A stretch of 16,923 nucleotides of DNA from Promethearchaeota archaeon (GCA_016839765.1 JAEOTP010000055.1:1-16923), one strand, 5' to 3'; positions 1-7,445 are shown, counted from the first letter of the stretch. Program-made: numbers and translations. Notes: a model not told the origin generated them from the sequence alone.

Positions 1-150
1 AGTTATACCTCTTTGTTTACTTTGTGGATGAGCATCAATCCCTGCAGTTGATATTATTTCACTTAATACAGAAGCTATCGCAGTTTTACCACAATCAATG
101 TGTCCAAACAATCCAATATGGATCGGAATTAATTTCTCAACGTCAATCAT
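1..150 (-). CDS. selB: Selenocysteine-specific elongation factor SelB/eEFSec, N-terminal part (continues off the window's left edge)
   Basis: Manual minus-strand translation from ATG at 150: MIDVEKLIPIHIGLFGHIDCGKTAIASVLSEIISTAGIDAHPQSKQRGIT. It has the G1 motif GHIDxGKT and the 'STA..D..PQS..RGIT' switch I typical of archaeal/eukaryotic SelB. A GTGAT SD-like element lies just upstream. tRNA-Sec and SepSecS are about 4 kb away. Confidence 0.9.
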   Translation of the reverse strand, partial: MIDVEKLIPIHIGLFGHIDCGKTAIASVLSEIISTAGIDAHPQSKQRGIT

Positions 151-318
151 AAGAATCACTATAGGGATAAAAAGCGACTATATATTTCCTTTAAGATTAA
201 AAAAGTAAAACATTTTCCTATATTTTTAATTAATCTTTTAAATATTGGACTCCAATAAAATTTAATTAAATAGAATTTACTTTTAAACATAATATCAATT
301 TTTAAATGTGAATAAAAA

Positions 319-1188
319 ATGAAATATTGCGTTTATTGCGGAAACCCCTTAAAATCTACAGATAAATATTGTATAATATGTGGAAAACCAGTACTTAGGG
401 ATATACAAAAACCAAAAGCTGCTCAAAAACCAAAAGATCTTATAAAAGAAAAAGTAAGAGAAATAAAAGGTGAAGAACCTTCAACCGAGATCGAAATTGA
501 AGAATATCCCGTAGAAGAAGTCGAAATTGAAGAGAAAGTAGAAAAGAAGAAAAAGGTTAAAAAAGGAGAAGTAAAAGTAGAAAAACCATTACCATTTGAA
601 GTAAAAGAACAAATGATCCTTTATATTGAATATAATGATATGCAATTGAATAAAAAGTTGTTAGTTGAGAAGTTAAAAGAAATTCAAAAATCTTTAGAAG
701 ATCCTCGTTATGATGTAGACCAGGAATTTAAAAAATCAATTAATGTAAAAATTGAAGCGATAAGGACACTAATCAATGAGCTTAAGCAAAATGAAATTGA
801 AGTTAAACAAAAAATGGTAGAACCATTTATTGTCCAGAGAATAAAGGATGATATTGATAAGAGAATTTTCCAACTCAAGAATTTAACTAAAGAATTCAAA
901 TTACATAAGATTAATAAGGAGACTTTTGAATCTCTTAGAGACAAATACAAACAAGAGAAAATAGATTTTGAGAATGAAAGAGAAGACTTAATATCCGGTA
1001 TGAAGCTATGGATAAAAGAATTGAAAATGGAAAAGTCAGATATTAAAGCAGAGAGAAATCTCAATAAAGGTAGATTTTCAGCTAAGGAAATTGAAGAAGA
1101 AGATTATAAAGAAAAAGATAAAGAATTTGAAGTAAAACTTAAAAAGATTGATGTGAAAATTACTACTTTAGAAGATCTTATTAAATAA
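319..1188 (+). CDS. Zinc-ribbon + coiled-coil protein, possibly CdvA-like
   Basis: N-terminal CxxC-x10-CxxC (CVYC...CIIC), a K/E-rich linker, then a long coiled coil with two similar turn motifs (FKLHKINKETFESL; FSAKEIEEEDYKEK) resembling the 'GEIS.E.Y' turns of CdvA-like coiled coils. The ORF is solid; the family is tentative. Confidence 0.6.
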   Translation: MKYCVYCGNPLKSTDKYCIICGKPVLRDIQKPKAAQKPKDLIKEKVREIKGEEPSTEIEIEEYPVEEVEIEEKVEKKKKVKKGEVKVEKPLPFEVKEQMILYIEYNDMQLNKKLLVEKLKEIQKSLEDPRYDVDQEFKKSINVKIEAIRTLINELKQNEIEVKQKMVEPFIVQRIKDDIDKRIFQLKNLTKEFKLHKINKETFESLRDKYKQEKIDFENEREDLISGMKLWIKELKMEKSDIKAERNLNKGRFSAKEIEEEDYKEKDKEFEVKLKKIDVKITTLEDLIK

Positions 1189-1233
1189 AATTATTCCAAA
1201 ATTTTATTTTATTTCCAATATTATTTAATATCG

Positions 1234-1359
1234 ATGAGGAAAAAATTAATTGGATTTATAATAGTTCTACTTGCTTTATCTCTTCTAACAATTGGAATTA
1301 TTGAAGCTCAATATTCAATAATTGGTAAACTTTATGAAGAGATGGCAGGAATTCCCTAA
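1234..1359 (+). CDS. Small (41 aa) single-pass membrane or secreted protein
   Basis: Below the ORF track cutoff: MRKKLIGFIIVLLALSLLTIGIIEAQYSIIGKLYEEMAGIP*. Basic N-terminus plus a hydrophobic stretch; it fills the intergenic gap and is followed by a T-tract. Confidence 0.65.
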   Translation: MRKKLIGFIIVLLALSLLTIGIIEAQYSIIGKLYEEMAGIP

Positions 1360-1360
1360 A

Positions 1361-1380
1361 ACTTTTTTGATAAAAAATTT
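1361..1380. terminator. Probable bidirectional T-tract terminator
   Basis: A T7 run on + and an A6 run (T6 on -) between convergent stop codons at 1359 and 1383. Confidence 0.4.
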
Positions 1381-1382
1381 AA

Positions 1383-1685
1383 TTAATCGTATCTCTTCAT
1401 TTTTCCTGTAGAAAGAGAATCCTCTAAAAAGCCTTTTTTCTGGTATATTTTTTCCTGAGATTTTCGGAATTTATTAGCTTCCTTGTAATGATTTTTACAA
1501 AGATAAATTTTATTTTGTTTATTCTCGTTATATCTTAAAGCTGCTTTTTCTACATACGATTTCCATTTACTCTCGGGAAGAGATCTTACTGCTACTTCAC
1601 TACACCCTTTCACAGAACATTTCTTTCCTTTATTTATTGTTCCGCTCAAATCTCTTTTTTCTTTTAGTTCCTTTGGGAGTTTCAA
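1383..1685 (-). CDS. Small basic putative Zn-binding protein
   Basis: C-x4-C (CSVKGC) ... C-x2-H (LCKNHY) ligand pattern, Lys-rich, TTG start. Resembles a conserved archaeal hypothetical family. Confidence 0.7.
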   Translation of the reverse strand: MKLPKELKEKRDLSGTINKGKKCSVKGCSEVAVRSLPESKWKSYVEKAALRYNENKQNKIYLCKNHYKEANKFRKSQEKIYQKKGFLEDSLSTGKMKRYD

Positions 1686-1769
1686 TTTTAAACACTTCCT
1701 AAAATTTTTATTAGGATTAAATATTATGTTTTTTAATTAATCAACATCTTAAAATTTTTCCTTTCTTTA

Positions 1770-2477
1770 ATGGATTCTTTAAACTTAGTATTTGATGAAA
1801 ACCTTATTCGCACGAAATTATTTCCTTGTGATTCACCCTCGAGAATAAAACTAAAAGATGAGTTCTTTACAAGTTCAGCTGTTCTGTTCTGCATTATTCC
1901 CTATAAAAATAAACCCTATGATTTAGTATTAATTCATCGCTCAAATCGTGGAAAGAGACATAGGGGGGAAATATCATTTCCGGGGGGTAAAATCGAACCT
2001 GATGATATCTCATTGAAAGACACCGCCTTAAGAGAAGCTGAAGAAGAAATTGGATTACCAAGAAAAAATGTAAAAATATTAGGTTGTTTAGACGATTTTC
2101 CGACTATGACTAAATTTGTAATTACTCCTTATGTTGCCATCATCAATAAGGATCAAAAATTAATAAAGGATGACATAGAAGTTCAGAAGATATTAAAAAT
2201 CCCAATAGATTTTTTTATAAGTAAGAAGAATTTTAGAGAACAAGCAGTGGATATCGATGGCAAGAAATTCCCTATCTTTTACTTTAACTATAAAGATGAT
2301 GAAAGTAAACAGACTTATACAGTTTGGGGAGCAACAGCCTATATGATATCTACTTTTATCGAAATTATTTATGGAATAACTATGTCAAACCTAGGTTTGA
2401 GACGATTTAAGTTAGAAAAAATAAAAGATCTTAAAGAATATATTAAATATAGGGACCAAATTACAAAAAAATTTTAA
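1770..2477 (+). CDS. Nudix hydrolase, CoA pyrophosphatase (NudL/NUDT7-like)
   Basis: CoA-Nudix motif LIHRSNRGKRHRGEISFPGG, Nudix box GGKIEPDD...ALREAEEEIGL, C-terminal VWGATA. Confidence 0.9.
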   Translation: MDSLNLVFDENLIRTKLFPCDSPSRIKLKDEFFTSSAVLFCIIPYKNKPYDLVLIHRSNRGKRHRGEISFPGGKIEPDDISLKDTALREAEEEIGLPRKNVKILGCLDDFPTMTKFVITPYVAIINKDQKLIKDDIEVQKILKIPIDFFISKKNFREQAVDIDGKKFPIFYFNYKDDESKQTYTVWGATAYMISTFIEIIYGITMSNLGLRRFKLEKIKDLKEYIKYRDQITKKF

Positions 2478-2512
2478 GATGGTATTGTAATCAATTAAAA
2501 ATGTAATGAATA

Positions 2513-3181
2513 ATGGATTTTATCTTTAATGAGAAAAAAATTGCAGAAAGCTTAAAACAATTAGATTCTCCTGAACGAATTTCAATGCATCATGAATACT
2601 TTGTAAATTCTGCAGTTATATTCTTAATAATTCCATATCAAGAAAGACCATATGAACTAGTCCTAATTCGAAGAACCAAACAAATAAATGATAAGCATTC
2701 TGGAGAGATGTCTTTTCCAGGGGGAAAATTTGATCCTGATGAAGATAAATCGTATTTAGATACCGGATTGAGGGAATTGAGAGAAGAATTAGGAATTCCA
2801 AGAAATAATGTGACCATATTGGGATGTATTGATGATCATCTCACCCCTAAAGGATTCATTATAACTGCTTTCGTAGCCTATATCAATAAAGACCAGAAAA
2901 TGATTAAACAAGTAGGAGAAGTCGAAGAGATCGTGAAAATTCCAATTACTTTTTTTGCTAATAAAAAGAATTTTAAAGAAAGAACTTATAAACTCAAGGA
3001 AGATTTAATTGGAGTAGGTAAATTCAAATATAATTCTCCAGATAATAAAAGATATGTAATATTTGGAGCCACATCTCACATCATTGTAAATTTTTTAGAT
3101 ACTATATACAATTTAGGTCTTATGACTCTGGGTTGCAGACGAATCACATGCGAAGATATTAAAGATAAAATCATTAATTAA
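2513..3181 (+). CDS. Nudix hydrolase, CoA pyrophosphatase (NudL/NUDT7-like), tandem paralog
   Basis: LIRRT...HSGEMSFPGG, GLRELREELGI, IFGATS; aligns along its length with the upstream gene. Confidence 0.9.
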   Translation: MDFIFNEKKIAESLKQLDSPERISMHHEYFVNSAVIFLIIPYQERPYELVLIRRTKQINDKHSGEMSFPGGKFDPDEDKSYLDTGLRELREELGIPRNNVTILGCIDDHLTPKGFIITAFVAYINKDQKMIKQVGEVEEIVKIPITFFANKKNFKERTYKLKEDLIGVGKFKYNSPDNKRYVIFGATSHIIVNFLDTIYNLGLMTLGCRRITCEDIKDKIIN

Positions 3182-3223
3182 TGATTTAAAGGATTAATTA
3201 GTTAAAGAATTAAAGGATAAAAG

Positions 3224-4246
3224 ATGGATGATAAAAATTCAATAGCAGGAAAAAATATCGTTGAAATTTGTTCACGAATAATGCCTTCTGAAACAGCAAC
3301 TATAGTGACTGATAAAGAAACCATAAATATTGGGGAACTTATAAAAAGGTTTGCTGAAAACATTACAAAAGAAATTAATTTTCATGTTTTAGAAGATTAT
3401 GCTGAAAGGCCATTAATATCTATACCAAAAAAAATTAAAAGTGATGTTGGAAAAAGCGATGTTTTATATTTCGCGGCTCAATCAAAACCGGGAGAATTAC
3501 ACCGATTTAGAGGGCCTCTAGTTAGACTTGCTATATCTAAAGGGAGAGAAATTCATATGCCAAATATTAATGATAAAATAATTCAAACTGGTATGCAAGC
3601 AGATTATTATAAGATTGCTTCTTTAACATTCTCGATTATGAGTTTTGCCACAATCTCTAAGTCTGCTAGAGTAGAAACTCCTGTAGGAACAAGTCTCAAA
3701 GTATCATTTTCAGATAAGCTAAGGTGGGTTCCAGATACAGGGCTATTATGGTATAAAGGTATGTGGGGTAATTTACCTGCGGGAGAAGCTTTTACTTGCC
3801 CTGAAAATGTCGAAGGCCTCATGGTTGTAGATGGCACTTTAGGAGATTTCTTCAATGAGAAATATGGAGACCTTAATAAAACTCCTGTTTCAATACCTAT
3901 TACAAATTCCCGGGCAAATATTGAAAATATTACATGTGAGAATCAAGAATTATTATCCGAATTTAAACAATATCTACAACAAGATGAAAATGCAAATAGA
4001 GTAGGAGAATTTGCATGTGGGACAAATATATCTCTGAAAAATTTTGTAGGGAACCTTTTACAAGATGAAAAATTCCCGGGCGTTCATCTTGCTTTTGGAA
4101 ATCCTTTTCCACAGCTAACAGGAGCTAATTGGGCTTCAATCGGGCACGTAGATGGGATAATGAAAAAATGTTCTTTATGGTTTGATGACCAAAAAATATT
4201 AGACGATGGTAAGTTTATTGAGGAAGAGCTTTTAAATTTGGATTAG
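3224..4246 (+). CDS. M29-family (AmpS/aminopeptidase T-like) metallo-aminopeptidase
   Basis: Motifs GNLPAGEAFTCP, GEFACGTN, LQDEKFPGVHLAFGN, HVDGI. Confidence 0.88.
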   Translation: MDDKNSIAGKNIVEICSRIMPSETATIVTDKETINIGELIKRFAENITKEINFHVLEDYAERPLISIPKKIKSDVGKSDVLYFAAQSKPGELHRFRGPLVRLAISKGREIHMPNINDKIIQTGMQADYYKIASLTFSIMSFATISKSARVETPVGTSLKVSFSDKLRWVPDTGLLWYKGMWGNLPAGEAFTCPENVEGLMVVDGTLGDFFNEKYGDLNKTPVSIPITNSRANIENITCENQELLSEFKQYLQQDENANRVGEFACGTNISLKNFVGNLLQDEKFPGVHLAFGNPFPQLTGANWASIGHVDGIMKKCSLWFDDQKILDDGKFIEEELLNLD

Positions 4247-4360
4247 ATTCTTTTTATTAAAATTTAAATGATTATTAATTTAATAGAAATCATAAAGAAA
4301 ATTAATCAAAAAATTCATTTCATTTCAATTATATTTTAATTTAATAAAGTTATTCAATAT

Positions 4361-4453
4361 GGCCCTTGACGGTTAGAGTGGTCTCTGACGCTGGGCTTCA
4401 AACCCAGTTATCCTGCGGAGGGATAGGGGTTCGATTCCCCTCGAGGGCCGCCA
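4361..4453 (+). tRNA. selC: tRNA-Sec (anticodon UCA)
   Basis: 9-bp acceptor GGCCCTTGA/TCGAGGGCC, G discriminator (4450), encoded CCA. 7-bp D-stem GTTAGAG/CTCTGAC with TGGT loop. 6-bp anticodon stem GCTGGG/CCCAGT with loop CT-TCA-AA (TCA at 4398-4400). Long variable arm TATCC...GGATA. 4-bp T-stem GGGG-TTCGATT-CCCC. This is the 9/4 fold of archaeal/eukaryotic tRNA-Sec. Confidence 0.97.
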
Positions 4454-4479
4454 ATCTTTATAAAAATAGCGTGATAAAT

Positions 4480-5847
4480 TTGATTGATTTTAATAAAATT
4501 ATTGATTATTTTAAAAGCACACCTATTCCTCAAAATATGTTGAATAGAGGGCAATTAGTTTTAAATGAGTTTTTAAATCCTATTAAAATTTTATTTGAGC
4601 AGAAAAATGTTCCTAAGGAACCTTGGAACGATGAGCAAATTGAGTTTTTCTTACAAACCCTCTCGAATATGGACACAGATAAAGATTTTAAGGCAGCAAG
4701 AGTAGGTGAAAGAGAAGCAAGAATAGCATCTAAAATACATTTGAAAACCTCAGCAGGATTCTGTCATGGTATAGGTAGAAGTGGTTTTCTGACGGCACCT
4801 CAACCTAAGGCTCCCGGTGGCTCTATCATGTATGAAATAACTAATTACTTAGCGAGAAATTTTCTTAAAAAATTTGGTTTACCTAATATAAAAAGTGCTA
4901 TAATTGTGCCATTATGTACAGGGATGTCTTTAGCTTTATGCATTGGGGCACTTAGACCAAATTGGAATAATAAAGACTTAAAAGATAAAAGAACTGTTCT
5001 TATTCCTCAAATTGATCATAAATCTCTTATTAAGGGATTGGAACTAATGGGTATAAAAAGAAAAACCATCGAAGGCAAGGTATTTGGTGATGCAGTAAGG
5101 ATTCCAGTTGAAGATATAAAATTAAGTATGGATAAAGATTGTTTTGCGGTTATTTCAGTAACAAGTTTTTTCCCTCCTCGCGAGCATGATAACATCAAAG
5201 AGATTAGTAAATTTGCTAAAGAAAACGATTTGGTTCATATTGTAATTAATGCATATGGGATTCAAAGTCGAGAATGGATGGATTTAATTCGTTCAGGAAT
5301 TGATGCAGGAAGAATAGATGCAATCATACAATCAACTGATAAAAATGTGCTTTCTCCAGTTGGCAGTGCTATTATTGCTTCCCCAGATAAGGAAATAATA
5401 ATTAAAATTAGTCAAGCGTATGCAGGACGCGCTTCCGCTACACCTGTAGTAAATTTTTTAATCTCTATGCTCGCTTTAGGTATTAAAGGATATCAAAGAT
5501 TAATGAATACTCAACAGAAAAACAGAAAATTATTAGAAGAAAAGATGAGTGAAGTTGCTAGAAAATTAAATGAGAGAATTTTAGATGTATTTAACCCAGT
5601 AGCCGTAGCAATGTCTTTAAAGAATTTGAAAAAAGAACATTTATCTACTTTAGGAGGAGCTTTATATAATTTAAGAGTCACGGGACCTAGGGTTTATAAT
5701 CCAGAAGAAAATGTTTTTGGAACGTGTTGTTCAAATTATTTAACTCCTTATATAGTAATGAATGCCGCAATAGGCGCAACCTCCGAAGATATAGTCTTAG
5801 CAGTTGAAAGATTTGAAAAGGCATACGCTCAAATTATTCAGAAGTAA
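4480..5847 (+). CDS. spcS: O-phosphoseryl-tRNA(Sec) selenium transferase (SepSecS)
   Basis: Motifs GEREAR, HGIGRSG...QPKAPG, PLP-lysine QSTDKN, YAGRAS, AAIG. Start moved from the track's 4366 (inside tRNA-Sec) to TTG 4480, which follows a GTGAT SD-like element; in-frame GTG 4471 is an alternative. Confidence 0.93.
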   Translation: MIDFNKIIDYFKSTPIPQNMLNRGQLVLNEFLNPIKILFEQKNVPKEPWNDEQIEFFLQTLSNMDTDKDFKAARVGEREARIASKIHLKTSAGFCHGIGRSGFLTAPQPKAPGGSIMYEITNYLARNFLKKFGLPNIKSAIIVPLCTGMSLALCIGALRPNWNNKDLKDKRTVLIPQIDHKSLIKGLELMGIKRKTIEGKVFGDAVRIPVEDIKLSMDKDCFAVISVTSFFPPREHDNIKEISKFAKENDLVHIVINAYGIQSREWMDLIRSGIDAGRIDAIIQSTDKNVLSPVGSAIIASPDKEIIIKISQAYAGRASATPVVNFLISMLALGIKGYQRLMNTQQKNRKLLEEKMSEVARKLNERILDVFNPVAVAMSLKNLKKEHLSTLGGALYNLRVTGPRVYNPEENVFGTCCSNYLTPYIVMNAAIGATSEDIVLAVERFEKAYAQIIQK

Positions 5848-5944
5848 AATCAATCAAAATATTTCATTCCTATTTCTAATAAAATAAAAATAAATAAAAA
5901 TGAGTAGAACTATATAATATTAAATATTATTAGGTTATCTAACT

Positions 5945-6622
5945 ATGGAGAATCGACTTTTAAATCAATTTAATAATGTAATTTCTACTCAATGGTCCTT
6001 CAAAGAAGTAGAAGAACCATATACAACATTAACACCAAGGGCACTATTTGAATTAGCGTATCACACTTGTAATTCTGTAACAATGAGAAATATTTTTATT
6101 AAATTATCTCCAAGTGAGGAAAAAGGTGGATTTCAAGCAATTTTTTATTCAAACAGTAAAAAATTCATCAGTATAGAAGGATTAGATGATGTTATAAGAT
6201 TGAGAAAATATTATCCAGAAGACTCTACTGGAGATAAACTTATAACTGAAATTCAACCAATATTAAATAAAAGAAAAGCCGAGTTTATCAAAAAAGATAA
6301 GCAGATTCAGACTCAAATTCTAAAAATTATATTAGTAGAGCGTAAATTAGATGAATGTGCGAATCTGGTAATGTTAAAAGAAATTAATAGGAAAATTTAT
6401 TTTGCTATTGGTGATGCTCGAGAAAGTGCCGCTATAGTACCTATTTTTATGGAAGCGGATGGCGCAAGTCTAGTACAACTCGCTTTGAACAAATGGATGA
6501 CCACAGTCCAAAATTTGGATCAAGAAAAAGTTTTTCCGGAAAATCTTGTCTCTGGATTACTAAAAAATCTAATGCAGATAAAAAAATGGATATTAAACTT
6601 AATTTCATTAAACTTAGATTAA
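5945..6622 (+). CDS. Hypothetical protein (225 aa)
   Basis: Long ORF with globular composition and codon style like neighbouring genes; no motif recognised. Confidence 0.8.
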   Translation: MENRLLNQFNNVISTQWSFKEVEEPYTTLTPRALFELAYHTCNSVTMRNIFIKLSPSEEKGGFQAIFYSNSKKFISIEGLDDVIRLRKYYPEDSTGDKLITEIQPILNKRKAEFIKKDKQIQTQILKIILVERKLDECANLVMLKEINRKIYFAIGDARESAAIVPIFMEADGASLVQLALNKWMTTVQNLDQEKVFPENLVSGLLKNLMQIKKWILNLISLNLD

Positions 6623-6685
6623 AGATTAATATCTAATAATTCAATAGTATCATTTAAACTATTTCTATTTTAATAACAAAAAGAG

Positions 6686-6837
6686 TGGTCCAGGGGGGAT
6701 TTATTCTTTAGAGAAGATTTTTCTCTTCTATTGAACCCCCGATCTCGGGTTTTTACGTATACAGACAACTTTTTTATTATTGTGCGTCTATAGGGCCTTA
6801 TAAGACCCGCGCTTTAACCAAGCTGAGCTACTGGACC
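6686..6837 (-). tRNA. tRNA-Ile (anticodon UAU) with two introns
   Basis: Minus strand: acceptor GGTCCAG/CTGGACC plus A73, D arm GCTCAGCTTGGTTAAAGC, anticodon stem CGGGT/ACCCG with loop CT-TAT-AA (anticodon 6800-6802), T arm GGGGG-TTCAAAT-CCCCC. Intron 1 is 47 nt in the anticodon loop (6751-6797 if at 38/39, 6752-6798 if at 37/38; same mature RNA). Intron 2 is 30 nt in the T-loop (6701-6730, 58/59). Confidence 0.9.
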
Positions 6838-6884
6838 TTTTGAAAGAAAATTTAAAATTCTAAAACTTTTACAAATCTTAATCT

Positions 6885-6900
6885 CTGTGCTAATGGACCT
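6885..6900 (-). repeat. Degenerate direct copy of the tRNA-Ile 5' end
   Basis: Plus strand CTGTGCTAATGGACCT (6885-6900) versus CTGAGCTACTGGACCT (6823-6838): 14/16 identical, 62 bp apart. Confidence 0.7.
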
Positions 6901-7016
6901 AATAATAATCATATAAAAACACAAAAACATAAAAATTTTTTTATTGTTGTACTCTGTTATATTTATAATTGAAGCATCAAAAAGAATAAATATATTATTA
7001 TTAAATAAATTTGAAA

Positions 7017-7023
7017 AGGTGAT
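7017..7023 (+). promoter_or_regulatory. Shine-Dalgarno-like AGGTGAT
   Basis: Matches the archaeal GGTGA SD core; the same core precedes the starts at 7446 and 16314. Confidence 0.6.
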
Positions 7024-7038
7024 AAAACTATAGCTGAA

Positions 7039-7434
7039 ATGCTTACAGATTTATTAAACTCCATTTATAAAAGAATTGCTCAATTAGGTCAAGCAATTCA
7101 AGGGCTAAAAACTTCTTTGGATGGATTAAATCAGAACATTGAAGAAAAAATAATAAATTTAAATGAAAAATTAAAATCATTTTCAGAAGAAATCGACATG
7201 ACTCAGACGAAACATATTGATGTTTTGAAAGAAATTGGAGAAAGTACTAAAGATGAATTGAAAAGAATTCAGGAAGGATTAGGATTAGATGCTTTAAACA
7301 CTTTAATTAAAAAACTTAATGAGTTTGAAAAATTATCTGGAGAGATATTAAATCAAGATACTGTTAATTTATTGCTATCTGAAGCTATAAGTTCTGTAAA
7401 GAATTTAAAGCAGAAACCTTCCAAAAAATTATAA
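7039..7434 (+). CDS. Small coiled-coil protein A
   Basis: 131 aa, heptad pattern over most of its length, no TM segment. The true start may be the in-frame ATA at 7030. Confidence 0.8.
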   Translation: MLTDLLNSIYKRIAQLGQAIQGLKTSLDGLNQNIEEKIINLNEKLKSFSEEIDMTQTKHIDVLKEIGESTKDELKRIQEGLGLDALNTLIKKLNEFEKLSGEILNQDTVNLLLSEAISSVKNLKQKPSKKL

Positions 7435-7445
7435 AAGGTGAAAAT

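Noticed and set aside
708-1064. Antisense ORF, and likewise 2616-2801, 3607-3855, 5016-5198, 10877-11092, 11603-11791, 14799-15011, 15277-15480, 15810-16049
   Set aside because: Each overlaps a well-supported gene on the opposite strand and has no motifs; they look like shadow ORFs.
4366-4479. N-terminal extension of SepSecS in the ORF track (MTVRVVSDAG...)
   Set aside because: It is a translation of the tRNA-Sec gene; a better start with an SD-like element lies at 4480.
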